This document shows positions 25,925-26,786 of a stretch of DNA of 26,786 nucleotides, piece after piece. Where the stretch lies: IMG/VR virus record IMGVR_UViG_3300020042_004169, positions 1 through 26,786 of that record; one strand, written 5' to 3'. The DNA is from a virus. Its lineage: Duplodnaviria; Caudoviricetes. Numbering within the stretch: the stretch's first letter is position 1; every line of letters begins with the position of its first letter. The notes beneath the pieces were generated by a model. It was not told the origin of the DNA, did no database searches, and saw nothing but the letters and a program-made list of their open reading frames with translations. The translations under genes and the position numbers were made by a program.

Positions 25925-26238
25925 ACAATCTCCATCGGTTTAGGTAAGTTTACAGGCCAATCAGCTTCAAGTGCCTTTATCGTCCTTTTGTGTGCATCTG
26001 TCCACATTTTTTGCCGTTCTTCTTTGCTTAAGTCTTTGCCTTGGTCAACCTCGTAATGACATTTGAGGCACAGTGCAGCCACTTGGTTGTCATCAGCCTT
26101 GATGCCTCTGCCTTTGCCTCTACCCCAGTTTGTGTGGGCTGCTTGCACCATGTGACCAGACCCGCAGGCTTGGCAGTCAAGACTTGCCACCATCTTCAAG
26201 AGTTTTTTGCTTCTGACGTATTCGTGTTTTGTTCTCAA
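25921..26238 (-). CDS. Zn-binding HNH-like putative nuclease (DUF968/DUF1364/Ref-like)
   Basis: CQACG...QAAH...GRGIKADD...LCLKCH; TTG start with GGAG SD. Confidence 0.7.
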   Translation of the reverse strand: MRTKHEYVRSKKLLKMVASLDCQACGSGHMVQAAHTNWGRGKGRGIKADDNQVAALCLKCHYEVDQGKDLSKEERQKMWTDAHKRTIKALEADWPVNLPKPMEIV

Positions 26239-26362
26239 CTATTGTCTCCATTGTGGAAAACCTGTGCATATTGGCGCATTCCAGCCTGCGTCTGCGTGTG
26301 TTTCCTGTTGATATTCTGGTCTCTTTGACTATTGTCTATGTCCCACATTCAGGACATTTCAT
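26177..26362 (-). pseudogene. Ogr/Delta- or NrdR-N-like zinc-ribbon protein interrupted by TAG at codon 9
   Basis: MKCPECGT*TIVKETRISTGNTRRRRLECANMHRFSTMET...; C-x2-C-x22-C-x3-H; ATGA-coupled start; TAG at 26338-26336. Confidence 0.7.
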
Positions 26363-26688
26363 TGGTGCGCCCTGTCTTGCACCCTGTTTGTGGCCTCTCG
26401 GGTGCGCCAAATTTCCACATCTAACCTTGCCGCCTCAATTTCCCAGCGCAAAGTTTCTTCTTTTTCGATTGCCGCAGCCAAGCCTTTCAGTAATTGCAAA
26501 TATGCTGGGTCTGCATACGCTTCCCGTTCCTGTGCATTCGCCGCTTCGTAACCCATTTCAAGTGCATTTTTCATGAGCAAGGCTTTTTTAGATTTTCTGA
26601 ATTCGTCAAGATAAACCCTTTGCGCTTTGGCTTCACCGTAAGCTGGAGCTTTGTCTCTAATTGTTTGGGCTGCTTCTTCGGGTTTCAT
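26359..26688 (-). CDS. hypothetical helical phage protein (nin-like region)
   Basis: AKAQRVYLDEFRKSKKALLM, AQEREAYA, EIWRTREA; SD GGAG. Confidence 0.75.
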   Translation of the reverse strand: MKPEEAAQTIRDKAPAYGEAKAQRVYLDEFRKSKKALLMKNALEMGYEAANAQEREAYADPAYLQLLKGLAAAIEKEETLRWEIEAARLDVEIWRTREATNRVQDRAHQ

Positions 26689-26786
26689 TTAATCTCCACA
26701 AAAACAGGATATTGCTTCTTCATTCGGGTCAAACATATCTATTTGGTCTTTGCCAAACTGACTCATTGCCGCATAGTTTGGGCGGT
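26689..26786 (-). CDS. 3' end of a gene, possibly phage PAPS-reductase-like protein (partial)
   Basis: ...RPNYAAMSQFGKDQIDMFDPNEEAISCFCGD*; Cys-containing CFCGD tail; truncated by window edge. Confidence 0.45.
   Translation of the reverse strand, partial: RPNYAAMSQFGKDQIDMFDPNEEAISCFCGD

Larger units (their letters stand above)
1..26786. mobile_element. P22/Sf6-like tailed phage (podovirus morphogenesis module) genome segment
   Basis: Gene order terS-terL-portal-scaffold-coat-gp4-gp10-needle-ejection-tailspike-lysis on the - strand, a recombination module on the + strand, dense ATGA/TAATG gene overlaps, no host housekeeping genes. Confidence 0.96.

Noticed and set aside
26336-26338. Genome-wide TAG recoding (alternative genetic code)
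   Set aside because: All large genes are intact under code 11 and TAG terminates terL and ORF 1899-2213
1-26786. CRISPR array, tRNA, integrase/att site, intron or intein
   Set aside because: No regular repeats or cloverleaf seen, and terL, portal and coat have ordinary lengths without insertions

Overview
About 27 kb of a P22/Sf6-like podovirus (phage or prophage) genome; no host genes, integrase, tRNA or CRISPR were recognised. The + strand (1-2389) carries an early recombination module: Sak/Rad52-like annealase, an AT-rich insert, YqaJ/lambda-type exonuclease, a mini-SSB-like protein with a DDIPF tail, a structured intergenic RNA candidate and an HTH-like protein. It converges on a long - strand late unit (26786->2382): nin-like ORFs, terS, terL, portal, scaffold, coat, decoration-like protein, gp4, small basic proteins, gp10, tail needle, three ejection proteins, a multi-gene receptor-binding module and a chain of membrane proteins ending in a GH24 endolysin. 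Most notable observations: (1) a DDxxD (prenyltransferase-like) ORF in the P22 gp14 slot, coupled to the gp7-like ejection gene and next to a HiPIP-like Cys protein; (2) three internal promoter candidates sharing TTGnnn-N16/17-GAnAAT; (3) an H-type pseudoknot in the scaffold leader; (4) a loop-E hairpin after the SSB-like gene; (5) an Ogr/NrdR-like zinc-ribbon gene broken by one TAG; (6) a tailspike head-binding domain encoded separately from the beta-helix spike; (7) several small ORFs missed by the ORF track. All family calls come from motif recognition and gene order, not database searches.
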